Shown here piece by piece: positions 9,601-24,600 of a DNA stretch of 46,247 nt. Position 1 is the first letter of the stretch. Each line of letters begins with the position of its first letter. The notes under the pieces were generated by a model. That model saw only the letters and a program-made list of their open reading frames with translations. It ran no database searches and had not been told where the DNA came from. Position numbers and translations under genes: made by a program. Source of the stretch: Gemmatimonadota bacterium (lineage in GTDB: Bacteria; 4572-55; J002); NCBI GenBank assembly GCA_003697105.1, contig RFFQ01000168.1, positions 1 to 46,247 on the forward strand. Direction: 5' to 3'.

Positions 9601-12600
9601 TGGCGATATTATCCACCAGATACTCTCCGGAAGCTTGACCCGGCACCAGTTGGTTCATACGGTCATACAAACCGATATGCGAGCGGGTGAAGTCAATCCC
9701 GCCGCTATAGTCCGTCACTTGCGCTGTGACCCGATCCAGTTGGGTGTAGGTGCGGAAGTAGAAACGGTCACCAATACTGTACGGCGGAACGGCTTCATTG
9801 ACGGTGAATTCGTAGAAATAACTAAACGGTTGGCCCACAACCCCATTGACCGGCAGGGCACCCAGTTCTTCACCTTCAACAAAGTAGTAAGTGAGGTCTT
9901 CTACCGGATCGATTTCGGTGATCGTTACCGTCCAGCTATCGGCGGGTGCATCATCGGAAAGGGCAACCGGAGTGCTCATGGATCCGCCGGAGATCGCACC
10001 GCGATCATCAAACAAGGGGCGCGAGGCAAAGGGTAGCCGCCCGACGACACCCCGCGGCGACGCCGACAAGACCACCGGATTGACTTGATCCGTTCCGATA
10101 CTAAATTGAATCTCCCGTACCGGTGCAAAATTGCCGTTGTTATCCAGCGTAGTGACGATCAGGGTGTAAAGACCTTCCGTCAAGTTGCCTGCCACATCAT
10201 AAACCAGCGAATCTCCTTCTATCCGGCGATTGCCCAACGGAATCGAATTACCGGCTTCATCCACCAAACCCATAGAAGAATGGGTAAAATCAACACCCTC
10301 AATCTCACAATCGGTACCAAAATCTTGAATCAATGCCCAGACCGTCGAGAGGCTACCGAGTGAATACCCCTCTTCCGGATAGTTCGCCAATACCACCGGC
10401 GGGACAAAATCCACCCCGTAGATAAACGGTATCACGGCGGAGGTGATATTACCAGCAACATCTTGCGTGGTCACGGTGATCCGGGCTTGTCCACTCTGGC
10501 GCGGCAACGGATCGGTAAACGTGAACCGCAGTTGTTGACCGACACGGACGGTTTCACCGGCGATATCCGTGTTATTGAGACGGAATGCCACGGCGGCAGA
10601 ATCAATCCCGGAAGCATCCGCCATCAGATTCACCCGAATCTGGCTACTAACCGGTGCGGCATCGGCAATAGAGACGGTTTCCACGACGAAATAATCCCCC
10701 GGATTGAACGGCTGTGAGCCTTGTTGGACTACGAAGCGGAGTGCTCCATCAGCGGCGTCAAACGGGATGCCATACTGCCCAAAGTTCGGCTCGGCTCCGG
10801 AGACAGAGCCAATGACACTGTAGGCGTTGCGCCCTAAACTGATCGTCCAGACTTCCGTTTGGATACGAGCGGGGTCTAGGATTTGAACCGGACTGAGCAC
10901 CCCATTGGACGGAGTACCCACATCAACCGTATCCACAATGGTGGCACTCGCTGTGGCACCACCAAAAATAGGATAGCAGTAGAGTTGATTCTCATCCACT
11001 AAATCCAGTTCGATGTTATCCACAAAAAGAGAGCTAACGCCCGGCGCTTGGGTGTCGATGGTAAAGAAGGTACTCTCCGTGGCGGCGTCACCGGTGGTAT
11101 CCTCGGCATAGACGCGGATTTCATATTGACCATCGGACTGGGGATCGGCTTCTAGCGGGGTATCCAATACCCAGCGTACCTGACTGACAGTACGGGTAGC
11201 CGAGACCGTCGTGAAGACGAAATAATCAGTTGGCTGGTATTGCCCCGGTAAGACCGTGAACGTAAAGAGCGGGTCACCATCTACCGTAATTGCGGTATAT
11301 TGCTCGCTGGTGCGTCCACGTTGGGATTGCATCCCGGAGACCGAACCGAAAACAGTGAAAGAATCGGGGGAGACAAAGCTGACAAACCAATCTTCACTGC
11401 GGATGCGGTTCTGGTTTTCTGGGATGAGGGTAACAGGGGTCATGTTGCCGCTACCCGTACCGAAGAAGCGAACGGGCGATACCGCTGCTTCTGTCAGGGT
11501 GATATATTCCATTTGGGGTTGGCTACCGGCGACGCGAGTGCCATCGTGATAGAGTTCGATGGTAGCGGTTGCCAGTTGCGACCCAACCTCGGCAATGCGG
11601 GCACTGACCTCGTAGAGCGGCATCTCCGCAGCACTGAGAATCGCATCCGCCGCGGGGGTCGTGGTAAGGATGCCCGGCGGGACATTATCCGGGCGGTAAG
11701 TAAAGTATGCCGCCCCGGAGTGAGTGTAGGAATTACCGTTAAAATCGAAAATGACGGCATCAATGCGATAGCTACCTTGAGGCAGTTCCACGCCGGTGAG
11801 GTCATAGATGAGGGTAGAATTGCCCTGAATCATGGGAGCATCCAGCGGGATCAGTTGGTCTGAATCCACATGGGTCAGGCTGGCGGCGCTTCGGCTGAAG
11901 TCGATCCCAGAAACATGGGGTGGAATGGGATCACCGAGGTCACGCAGTTCGACCGCCAATTCTGTTAAGCTCCCGGTCGAAACCACCTCTCCATTTGCCG
12001 GATCGGTAGCGACCAACGTCGGAATACCGAAGTCGTAGGCATAGCGGAACGGTATCTGAATCAGATCGGTATAATTCCCCGCTTTATCGGCAATCAGTGC
12101 GCTAAGGATGGCATCACCGTTACCAGCGAGACCTTCCGTAATACTATAAACCGCTTGATCGGCGGAAATGACAAAATTTCCATCGATTGACGTATTATTA
12201 AAGAAAAGATTCATCGTCGAGCGGCTTTCTGAGAGTCCGGCGGTACGGTCGGTGAACGTGAGATAGAAGCCGACCGGCGGTTGTTCCCTTTCCTCTGCAG
12301 GAAGCGTATTAAAGACGAAGCGGTCACCCCGATTATAGCTGGTGGGGGATTGGGCGGCAAAGACACGAAATGCGACGCCGCTGCCACTACCGTCATTGTA
12401 ATCATCGGATTCGTAACGAACGCCGACAAGTCCGGTATTTTCCTGTAGCCCCGTGATGGAACTCCAGACCTGATAAGCAACCGGGGAGGTAAAGCGAATC
12501 TCCCAGACATTGACAGGCGCCCCCGAGCCAACACCGAGGATGTTGACAGGTTCAGTGATGGTCATGGGGTCGGTATCGATAAAAGTCGGAATTGTGGCAA

Positions 12601-15600
12601 AAGCTTGTGGGAAATTCCAGCCAATGAGGTCTCGCACCACATTATCGGCAAGGAGGTCATGTTGCTGCCACTGATCCGTTGCCCAGACATCGACGGCGGC
12701 GGCATCGAGGCGCGGCGCTTGGGTATCGTAAACAAAGGGGATATCCAGTTGGCGGACATTCCCGTTGTGATCCACGGCGGTAACAGCGATGGTATAGGCA
12801 CCATCATCGGCGCCATTTTCCGCGAGCAGTTCTTCCAGCACAAAGCCGACGGTGACGAGGGTATCCTGACCGGCTGGAGTATAGAGAGTATCACGTCCGA
12901 CAAGGTCGCCACGGGGTCCGGAGAGGCGGACAGTGGTTTGAGCCACATCCACCCCAGCGCCACCATCCCACAGGGTAACCCGGACATCGGAAAGACGCGG
13001 AAGAATATCGACAGTAAAGCGATCACCGGTGGTATAACCGGGTTCGACCTCTTCCACTACCAGATAAAGCCCCTCACCAAAGGGGTGGTAGCCAGTGGTG
13101 GTATAAGGTACGCCGACGGTACCGATGCTATCCTGTGTACCAGAAAATGAGCCGCTGACGGTGAAGTTTTCAGACGAAATAAAATCAATGGTCCAGGTTT
13201 CCATCGGGGCGGTATCACCCACATCGAGTACCTGCATGAGACCAGCGGTGGGCAGCCCGGTATCGATAAAGCGCGGTTGGGCAGGATACGGGGTCGCATT
13301 AATAAATTGATTGGCATACGGGGTGGTGTAGAGCACCAACGGCGGAATTTGATCCGTACCCAGAGCAAACAGGGTGGTATCCTGCCGGACATTGCCGTTG
13401 TTATCCACTGCGCGGACAATCATTTGATAGACATCCGTGGGCAGGGGTTCTAGGGGTTGAACCTGAACGGTATCCCCGTGGACGGTCTTCGTTGCCGGGA
13501 AAAATTCACCCAACAGATTGTAAATGAAAATGGTCGAAGCGTCAAAGTCCACCCCAGCGATGAGGTCTGGATATTGGGGACGGGAGCGATAGGTATCTGC
13601 GAGGCGTGCCCAGAGTTGGGGTTGACTGGCTTCTACGATTGTATTTGCCGCCGGATAACGGTTGAGAACAAGCGGGGCATCGACATCATATACATATTCG
13701 ATAGGAATCACCGTTTGACTGACATTCCCTGCCCGATCCACAAAGCGGATGCGGACGGCACCGGTATCGTTAATGGCGGGAGCATTCGCCAAAAGAGTAA
13801 TCATAAAGAGGTCATCGCCAAAACAGACGGCATCCACCGGAATGGGTTGCCCGCCGAGAGTCATTTCAACTTGTGTGGTATCCAAATCGGGGCAGGTGGT
13901 CTGAAATTCGATGCGGTCAGATTGGTCTAAGCTCGCACCAATCACGTTCATCTGACCGGGAGTGAGTACCTGACCATCACCCCCTTCGACGTGGGAAAGC
14001 ACGATGGGTTGAAAGATCACCGGTGGCTGGCTATCAATGGAAAAATCCAGAAAGGCGATGGTTTCCTGACCGGCTAAATCCGTGGCATGAACTTCCACCA
14101 GATAGGTACCATCTGCCGCTAAGGGAGTGTTAAAGACGTAGCCAAGGCGCGGCAAGCTGGTTTGTGCCGAAACGGTGGAAAAGATAAAACGATCCCCCGC
14201 CTCGTAATCCGAACCGAGAACTTGGAAGCGGAGCGCCCCGTTATCCGTCGTATAAACCTCACTGACCTGCCCGTTTGCTTGCCGCCCGGAACGTGTACCA
14301 AAAACGGTAAAGGAATCCGGTACCCCCTGTTGATCTTCAAAGATGGTGATGAACCAATCTTCAGTGCGAAGGCGGTCTTCATTCTGAATGGTCAAATTCG
14401 CGACCGTGCCCGGATTGCCCGGTAATGCCGTCACCGGCGTGACAAACGCCCCGTAGGTATTAGGCACTTCATAGAAGATCGACTGTCCCGGCGGAACATT
14501 CACCCCTTGCACACTCACATAACTCACGCTCGGGTTGGGATTAAGACCCATATTCGCATCCACAAGTTCCACCCACAGGGTATCCAGCGGCACATCCGCC
14601 TGATTGAGAATCGAACCATCTGCCGGATTCGACGTATAGACCAGCGGCGCGACATCATCTACCGTGACAGTGAAATTGACAATTTGCGGGTCGGTACTAT
14701 TGCCATTGGAATCCACCCCGGTAATGGTCAATTCATAGAATCCATTCGGCAGTGGCGACGCCAAGTGAAGGGTGACTTCTACGGGGTCTGTTCCGGCGGA
14801 AATCACGAGGGAATCTCCGCGGTCATACTGCGGATAGAGCGTTCCATCATCCAAATTCAGCAAGGATAAGCTAGCGGAGGCGACTCCAGAAGGCTGACGA
14901 TCTCCAATGTCGGTCAACCGTACCCACAACGAATCCAGTTGATTCGCCACAAAGACTTGTCCCTCCTGAGGATAGCTCTCCTGAATTTGCGGCGGGTCAA
15001 AATCATAGGCGTAGCGGAACCGCTGGGTAAACTGGCTGCGATTGCCGGCAAAATCCACTAATTCCACCTCAAAAGTACCAAATCCATTTTGATTAGGCAG
15101 GGCGACCTCCAAGATGACCCCCTCCAACGTGACCAGCGTATCGATAATCACGGCGGCAGGATAATCAAAGCGGAATGTGCTGGCGGCAGTATTAATCCCC
15201 GTCCCGGAAGGATTATCCGAGGCGTTCAGCCGCAATTCGACCGATTCCAACACCTGTGCCGCTTCACCGGGCGCATAGGTGCTAAACGTAAAGATGTCAC
15301 CGGGGTTAAAGCGCTGGCTCCCCTGCGTAATACTAAAGAAGAACGCACTATTATAGGGTTGGTAGAGAGACCCCACCGTCCCATACGGCTGAATACCGGA
15401 AACACTGCCCACAACTTGAAATGTATTGATTCCGATAAACGTTACCGTCCAATCTTCAGTATAAATTCGTGACGGTTGGACGATGACCGGTAAAGACATC
15501 TGCCCATTGGAGGGCAACCCGTTATCGGTAAAGACGGGAGGTGTCACCGAGGCATCTTCCGTACCACCCACATAACTGCCCAGACGTTCATAGACATCCT

Positions 15601-18600
15601 GATCCGGTTGGGTTAAAACGGTCGAACCCACTACAATGGAATCCACCGCCGCCGGACGGGTATCATAGGTGAAATTCACAATGGATGTGCCCGGACTAAA
15701 CCCATTATTATCCACGGGGGTAATTTCCACGGTGTAAAGTCCATCTTGCGAGCCATCTTCCAGACGCGGGGTATCAAGTTCCCAACGCAAGACCACCGTA
15801 TCTCGACGACCCGGCGTAAATTCCTCAAATAATTGTTGCCCGTTCACTAAATTACCATCAGGATCATACAACCGGATGGTGGAGGCTTCCACATCGACAC
15901 CGACCCCCTGATGATCGGTAATTGTTGCCGAAACGGCACTTAAATTGGAGAAAGTACGGAAGCGGTAAACATCCCCAAAACCAAAGCCGGGGATAGTTGG
16001 GGTCACCATCAACTCAACTCCTGAGCCAACGGCATAGGTATCCGATTGGTACACCTGACCGACCCGTCCACGATTGCGTTGCAACCCGGCCAGAGAACCC
16101 CGCACGGTGTAAGTGGTATCACTGGTAAAGCGCACTTCCCAGCGTTGGGAGGGGGTATCAGCCCCGACGTTCCGCACGGTCAACCGCCCATTACCGCCCG
16201 TCACACTGCCGTAATTCACAAAGACCGGTTCTGAAGCATAACTATCCCCATTGATCACTGCCCCATCTGCCGGACCGGACGCTAAAATCTCGGGCGGTAC
16301 AAAATCATAACCGATGCTGAAAAAGACCGTATCTTCTAGCGTATTGGCGTTAAAATCGACCAAATCCAGCCGCAACTGGTATTCTCCATTGGTCAACGGG
16401 TCGGGCTGCCCGTTATCACGAAGATAGATAAACAGGGTATCCCCGCGGAACGCCACTTCATCGGGTTCAATGGGGGTTTCCGTGGAATCCAAGAGGGTGA
16501 TCGAACTAACAGCGGGATCGACGCCTGCGGTCTGCCATTGGTTCCCAACATCACGGAAATTCACCCAGAGGGTATCTACCGGGTCATCAATAATCGTAGC
16601 GTTATTGGGTGGGTAGGAGGCCACCACCACCGGCGGTTCAAAATCCCGCCCGTAGGTAAACCGGACGGAATATGCCTCGCTGTTCGTCCCGTAGTCCTGT
16701 AAACTCAGGATGAAAAAGCCATCCAAATTAAATTGGCGCAAGGTATCTCGTACCCCAAAACGCAAATGGTTCTCATCCGCGCTCACTGTTCCATTGACCT
16801 GTTCATTTTCAAAATAGAATAGAGGCGCGCTATTATCCGGGTCAAAACCGGTTCCGGCAAACGGAACTCTCTGTGATTCATCTTGGATTTCCGCCACAAA
16901 CCACGGTTGCTCTTCCTGACGGAGTGCGCTCAAATCTGCCGTAATCACATTTTCGCGCCAATTTGTCAAACTCAGCGTATCCACAATACTATCAGGATGC
17001 CCCACCGCAAAATAGACCGCCACCGGATACGGTGCTTCGGTATCAATAATAAATTCAGCGGTATCTACCGGTGCGGCATTTCCGGCGCCATCTTCTGCGT
17101 AGGTTCGCAACTGGTACACCCCATCCTGACTGCCATCCGGCACGCTACCCAACGGATAAATCGGCGGATCGGGCGTAAATCCCAGATATTGCGTATTGCG
17201 CGTTGCCGAGATTGTGGTAAAGGTAAACTCATCACCCGCATCGTAGGCGGCACCGTTGACAATAAAACTAAATGCCGGCGCACCGTCCAACAACACCACA
17301 TATTGTTCGTTCACATGGCCGGAAGCCTGATTTCCGGAGACCGTACCGTACACATTAAACGTGGTAGCGGTTTCCATGATCACCCGCCAATCTTCGGTAA
17401 CCAACCGTTCTGCGCCACCGGGTTCAATTTGCGGGTGTAGCATCGAGCCACTCGGTGTCGACATCCCTTGATCGTGGAAGATCGGCTCCGAAATAAACGC
17501 CCCATGCCCCGGCGCACTATAGTGGAAGTTCTGCCCGGATAGCGGGTTTGCGCTGATGTACGGCGGTGGCATGACGGAAATATAAGAAGCACCGTAATTC
17601 AGACCCACATTGGCATCGATTACCTCTGCCGCGAGGGTATCCAAATCCGCCAACCGGTCTGAAAAGACCACATCCCCATCTGCCGGAATCGTACCCACAA
17701 TTACCGGCGGAGCATTATCGAACGTGACTGAAATTTCAGTCTCATACGGGGGTGCCAGATGATTATTCAAATCTTGAGCGTAAACCGTTACGGCATAATT
17801 ACCATTGGATAACGCGCCATCTGCCGGAATCCAATAAAGCAGACTATCACCGATCAAGCCTTGATCCGCCGCCGGGAGCAGTTGATTTGAACCCAACGCA
17901 ACCACTTCCATAAAGGAAGCCGGGCTAAGACCCACCGGCGTCATATCCCGGTCGCGCACAATCGCATACAACGTATCAATTGGCGACCCACTATAGCCTT
18001 CGGGGATAGTACGAACCACCACCGGCGCGGCGTGGTCATACTGGTAATCAAACGCAACATCAATTTCGGCAATATTCCCTGCTCCGTCGATCAGGGTTAA
18101 TCTTAACATACCTTGACCATTTCCACCGGGGGCGCGATCAAAGGTATAAGCCAGTGAATCACCCGCGACCGTAACAACACCTACCGGCGATTCACCCACG
18201 AAGGGGTGATCAAAATCGACCGTTAGCGTTGACAGCCGGTGGTTCAATTCGCTGGCATCCGGCTGGACAGTCACTTGAATAGCGGTTGGGGTTGCTCCGC
18301 TAATTCGTTCGGCAAATTGTTCAAACACAAATTTATCGCCCAAATTGTATTGGGTGTTATTCGCCGCCGCTTGGACGGTATAGGTAAAACCTTCATTAAC
18401 GGTATAAGCCTGACCCACTACCTGATTCTCGGTCACCAATTCCCCATTTTGATAGACATCGTAATGGCGCGCGCCGGTAAAGATCAATTCCCAATAGATG
18501 TCACTTTCGGGGCTAACCGTGCTATTATAGACGAGTGACATCTGCCCTTGGGTTACCCGTCCGGCATTATCCACAAACGTGGGACGGGTCGCAAAGGTGG

Positions 18601-21600
18601 GGGTAACATTGCCTTCTGCGAGTTCGGTCACAATATTGAGTGATGCGGGTTGTAAGACCTGCGAACCCCAACGGAGTTCGGCAATTTCCGGCATTTGCGT
18701 ATCAATGGTAAAGGTCGTCGTATAGACCGGCGCCACATTGCCATTCCGATCCACCGGCGTGATCGTCATTGTGTAGTCACCATCGGCTAAGGGAGCATCC
18801 GGTACCAGCGCCACCCAACTAAAATTACTGCCAAAATTTGGTACAAATGTGCGAATGGTATCCAACGTGACATTGGTAATGGCAATCGTCGTGGCATTCA
18901 AGTCAATCCCGGAGCCACCATCATCCCCAAAAGCGACCGGGATCACGGTGAGTGGTTCGGCAACCGTGCTGAGATGAAAGGCATCATCGATGCTGTATCC
19001 CCCACCTGTGCCCCGAATGCGGAAGCGAATCCCATCACCGGTAGCAAAGGTGTTAGACTCATAAATTTGACCCACACGACCGTTCTGTTGGGGTCCGGAG
19101 ACCGACCCTTCCACCGTGAACGTGGTGCTGGTAATCATGGTAATGACCCAATCTTCTGTGGTGGAATAGGGCCCAACTTCCAAATCTTCCAAAATGGGGG
19201 TTGTGGGGTTCCCGGTATCCACAAAAATCGGGTCTGTCACATACAGATTCGCGCCGGCGGCAGTGCCATTTGCCGGAGCAACCGCCAGCACTTGCGGCGG
19301 AGTCACATCATATTGGAACGTAAATGGTGAGACCACCGTCGCACTATTGCCTTCCACATCCACCGCGTAAACCCGAATAAAATAGTCACCATTTTCCGCT
19401 TCGGTATCCAGCGGATCATCCAGAGAGAGCACTAAGCGACCGTTTGCCGGTTCAGGGGTCAGCGTGCCCGACAGCGCTTGCCCGCCGGCATCTTGCAGAT
19501 CGATATGGGAATGATCCCAATCGACACCGGCACCGCGCCCTTCACTCAATTCAGCGATAATCTGACCGATTTGCGATTGGACCAGCGAATCGGGAGCTGG
19601 AATAGTCCTTACGACCGGCGCCCGGACATCTAGATTGAAGAGGAAGGAAGCTTCATAAGCCCCTTGGATGGTATTTCCGGCAAGGTCGTAGGGTTGAACT
19701 TGGAAGTAATATTCTGCATTTTCGAGCGCTTCGACCGGTTCAAAATAGATCACGGTATCCCCAACGGCGGTTTTGGTACCGGAAATTTCCGCGCCGGTTT
19801 CAGATTCAAAAAGCCGTATAGTTGTCCGCACCACATCAATTCCGGACGCCTCTGGATGAGCCAGACGGCTCGCCGGTACCGGGTCATTCAGGCAAACTTT
19901 GATGCGGAAAGCGTTACCTAGAATGGAGTCCACAATGGCACCCGGTTGCGGGTAGAGACACGCCTCTACAATATCGGGGTCAATGGTATCAAAGATGAAG
20001 GCGGAGGTATCCGGCGGTGCTTGATTGCCGAGCGAATCCTGAGTTGTAACCACAATGCCATAACGCCCATCCGCGGAGCCATCAATCGGTAACGGTAAGA
20101 AGTTGAGTACCAAGAGGGAATCGCCCTGAGTCGTTTTGGTAACCGGCACACCTCGCCAGACATCGCCGGCAGAGAGTAGTGAATCCGCTGTTGGAATCGC
20201 CAGTTGGATGGTCGAGGTTTGGACATTCGCCCCAATGCCAATCCCATCATTCAATAGGGCGGAGACCGACGAAATGGGTTGATTTTCCGCACTATTCACC
20301 GGCGGAAGAGTCGCGACAACCAGTGGTGGTGTATCATCAAAGCGGAAGGTAGAAGTCGCGGTTGTGAAGTTACCGTCGCGGTCATAGGCCTCAACGGTGA
20401 AGGTGTAAGTACCGTCGCCTTCTAGAGCTTCGGTAAGGGTGAGATAGATCGTATTAATGCCATCGGTAGAGCGGACCCCATCCAGAGATTCACCGCTTGG
20501 GCTGAGCAGGGTGATGGCGGAATTTTCCAGATCGACACCGAAGCCGGGGTTGCCGAGATCACCGCCATCCTGTAGTTGTGCGGAAAGGACAAGCAACGAG
20601 TCCACGGCTTGGTTAAGCGCCGGATAAAACTGGGTGACGGCGGGTCCAGTGGTATCGCGTTCCATACGGAGGTTTCGTTCTGCCCGGCTGGGTACGGTTT
20701 GGGAGAGAGCTTGGGCAAGAACGATAATTTTATACGTACCTTCACTGAGTCTTCGTCCGTTGGCATCATTACCGGTCCAGAAGATGGTGTGCCCTTGGTC
20801 TTCCGTGGGGAAGCGAATACCGGCATCAATGGTTTGAAGGAGTTCATCAACGTAGTACGTGCCAAAGGTAAAGACATCGCCGGGTTCAAAGGGGGTAGTA
20901 CCGGAGTAGATGGCAAATTCCAGCCCATAAGTGGAATTCGTATAGAGACCTTGGTCAATGGTAAAGGTATCAACAATGGTATAAGCTGAACCGGTATCCC
21001 GATAAGCAAGTGCCCATTGGGTACCTTCAGCGGAGATAGCCTCCACGCGCCAGTCATAGGTGCGGGCGTTGGAACCATCGGTTTCTACGAGGGTCATGCG
21101 CCCTTTACCCGGAGAGGGGTTGGCTGATTGGAATTGAGGAATCGTGGCGGCGGTGGTGATGGAGCGGACTTCTATCTCGACTTCGCTTTGGCGGTCCACC
21201 TCAAAGGTGATGTCGGCACCGTGACCGTTTTGCTGGACATTTTCGATGGTGACGGCGACATCAATGCTGATATTGAGTTGTTCGGTAACTTGGCTGGTGA
21301 CACGGTTTCCAGCGACATCTTGCCCATCGATAATAAAGTTATAAACACCGTTGGGCATGGTTTCACCGTTGGTATTGGTACCATTCCAGCTGACAAGCCC
21401 ACCGTCATTTTCATCAGCGGAGAAGGTGAGTTGGCGGGTGATATTGGGGTCACTGGAATTAATGATGGTGATGGTACCAATGATATTTTCGGTGACGCCA
21501 AAGCGGAAGCGAATATTGCTAGATTGTGATGGAGGCGAATAACAGGTATAGAGACGTTCTCGCCCGAGCCAGACCGTGGGACAGACAGGCTCATCATTAT

Positions 21601-24600
21601 CGGAGTCAACGATAAAAGAGGGACGTTGATTATCAATGACAAACGTTCGTTGGATGGCAGATTGCCGCGAATCCGCCTGAATGATGATGGTCATGGTATC
21701 GGGGTCGGTACCGGGTTGATTGAAGTGGAAGTCATCGCTCGGGTCTTCTGGAGTACCGCCATCATGCGTGCCGTACCAGACAAGGGTATTTTCGCCGGAG
21801 TTATTGGGTGCTGGTGGATTGGAGCGAGCCACGGTGGTAATTTGGATGAGATCACCGGCACGAAACGGAGTATCACCATGGACAACACGGAACATCAAGC
21901 GGGCATCGGTAAGAGGAGCGGTTTCGGGTTGGTAATTTTCATTGATCCAGTACAGTTGGTTGGTGGAAAGGGGTTGCCCGTTATTGACCGGGGTTTGGAT
22001 CCCATTTCCATCCGTGAAAGTAAGACGAAATTGGGTGGAATCATCAAAAGCGACCGTCCACTCGCCGGTGGGCGTCGAATCATCAGAGACGGCGAGGGTA
22101 TCCACAAAACCATTGCCGGTATTGTTAGGATTGATAGTCACACAGGAGACAAAGGCTTGGGAGGTATAGAGCCGCCGGAGGCGTCCATCTTCGTCATAGA
22201 GTTCAATTTGGACGAAGGAACCTGGTCCAGAGAGGTTATATAAGATTTGTGTCGAATCTTTAACACCATCAAAGATAGTTGGGCTAAAGGGGTCATTTTC
22301 AATACGGAGGTCACTGACATAGACCTGCTGGTTGACTGAGATATAATCAAAGACGAAAGTAGAAGTATAGATGCTTTGATTAGGTTCGGGGATGGCATTA
22401 TCGACAACAGTGACACGGATAAGGTAGCAACCATCATCATTGGGATCGGCAATTTGGTTATCTCCGATGAGAAGAAGCCGGAGTTCGCCAGTATTGGGAT
22501 CATATTGTTGTTGACCGTTTAGACGTCCACGCGGCCCGTAGAGTTCAATTTGAAGCAAGTCTTCATTGATACCGGAGCCAGTATCGGTAATAAACGCGGA
22601 GACGGAGTTCAGCGGTGTACTAATGTATTGTCCGCTGGGCGGATCAAATTCAACCACTTGTGGGTCATCAAGGTCTGGATTAAAGATAACGGAATCCACC
22701 TGAATGGTAGAGCGATTGAAAACTTCATCCCGGGCGCGGGCGAAGATATAATTGACGCCGTTGAGAAAATCGGGTGAATCTTGAAGGTCGAGGGCAATGG
22801 TAAAGAGCCCGGTAGTGGGGTCTGTGGTGGCAGTACCTTGGCTAATGGGTAGAATATCATCGTCCTCATCATCTTGGGTATAGCTTGGGTCATTATCGAT
22901 CCAGACTTCGACAGTGGTATTTCGTTCGCTGACACCGGTGACGGTAAGGGGGTCATCGTTCGTCCAGACGGGAACATCGATAAACTGGGGCGGTACGGGT
23001 GGGGTAACGTCCACCTCCATAATACCGGCGGTTTGAGCAAGGGTGCCGTCATTGACAAATTCAGCGCGGAGCTGATAGGTATAGGCACCGCTGGTCAGAT
23101 TCAGTCCGTCTTGATAGGGGTTCCAGGTTAATTGTTGGGAGATGCCGCCGTCCTGATAGATAGCAATTGGATCGGCACAGAGGGTATCAGCCGAATCGAT
23201 GGTCAGGGTATCAACGGGAAGACCGCGCGAGTTGTAAAGAATGACAGATACACAAGCATCCGCCGCTAAGGTATATTGCAGGGTAGAGGTTTCAAAGACA
23301 AAATCACCGTTGGGGGAGAAGGTTTCGGGCACAACGGTAATGTTTTGGATACCGAAGTTCTGTTGGATATCAAAATCAACGAACTGGGTATTCCGGTTTT
23401 GCAGGCTATCAAGGGCAGTGACCACGATATAGTAATCATCATCGGGCAAGGAATAGCCGTGTTGGACGTAGTATCGCATTTGCAGGCGACCATTGGGTAA
23501 CCGGGTTTTCACGATGGAGTCTGCTGGAATCGGGGTAATATCGGAAACAGGTCGCAGATAAAGTGTGGAAGCGTTGAATGCGGGACCGATACCAGCACCA
23601 TCATTGAGAGTAGCTTGGACATAGAGCGCGCCACTGTCATTTTCCGGAAGTTGAGAGACAACCGAGCCTTCTACCGGGGTGGTGGCGATACTGGGAGCAG
23701 AAACATCAATATTGATAATCTGGATGGCAGTGGTATCCTGCGAGGGATTCCCCACCGCATCTTCCGAGAAGAGTTGAAGCGTGTGCACTCCTTCGGAGAA
23801 ACCGACACCGCCTTGATCGACAATCATGCGGAATGAACCATCAAAAGAGATGGGGTCGGCATCGGAACGTGTAACGATACCATCAATGATAGGGATAACG
23901 GTAGCATTTGCCTCATCAACGGAGCCTTCCACCGTGATGTAGGAGGCACGTCCCCAGAAAGAGTTGGTGGATTGAGTCCAGATACCGGGTTCAATATCAA
24001 AGATTACGGGAGCGCCATCGGGACCAGTGAGGTCCACCAACACCGCGATTACACGTTCAATGGAAACATTTCCATCGAGGGTCGTTGCGCGGAGGCGTAC
24101 TTGGTAACCGCCGTCATCGGCGATACCATTGCCATCTGCATCAGCGGGACCATTGAGGGTCACTTCGCCGTTCCACAACTCCAGTTGCGGGTTGACCAGC
24201 GCATAGCGCAGGATGTTATTGGCGAGGGTATCAACCACATCACCTTCCAAAGTCTCAACAGTGACCGTCATGCGGGCGTTTTGAGAGATTTCATACTGAA
24301 TGTATGTGCGGTCATAGCGGTTATCGCCATTGGGACTAAACGGATTAACAGTGGCTGTCGCATTGGCAATGGTGAGTTCTGCAACCAAAATATTGACCGT
24401 ATCGGAAGCGGCACTGCGGTTACCGACGGCATCCTCCGCATAGGCAAAGATGCTGTTATAATCATCGGCAAGCAGGTTCACCGTTTGGCTGAAATTCCCA
24501 TTGAGTGGGTCCGCCGTTAAGGTCGCGATTTCTTCCAGTGATCCTCCAGCAAGGCGGTATAGATAGACGGTACTGTTCTGTTCGGCATTCCCTTGCACGG

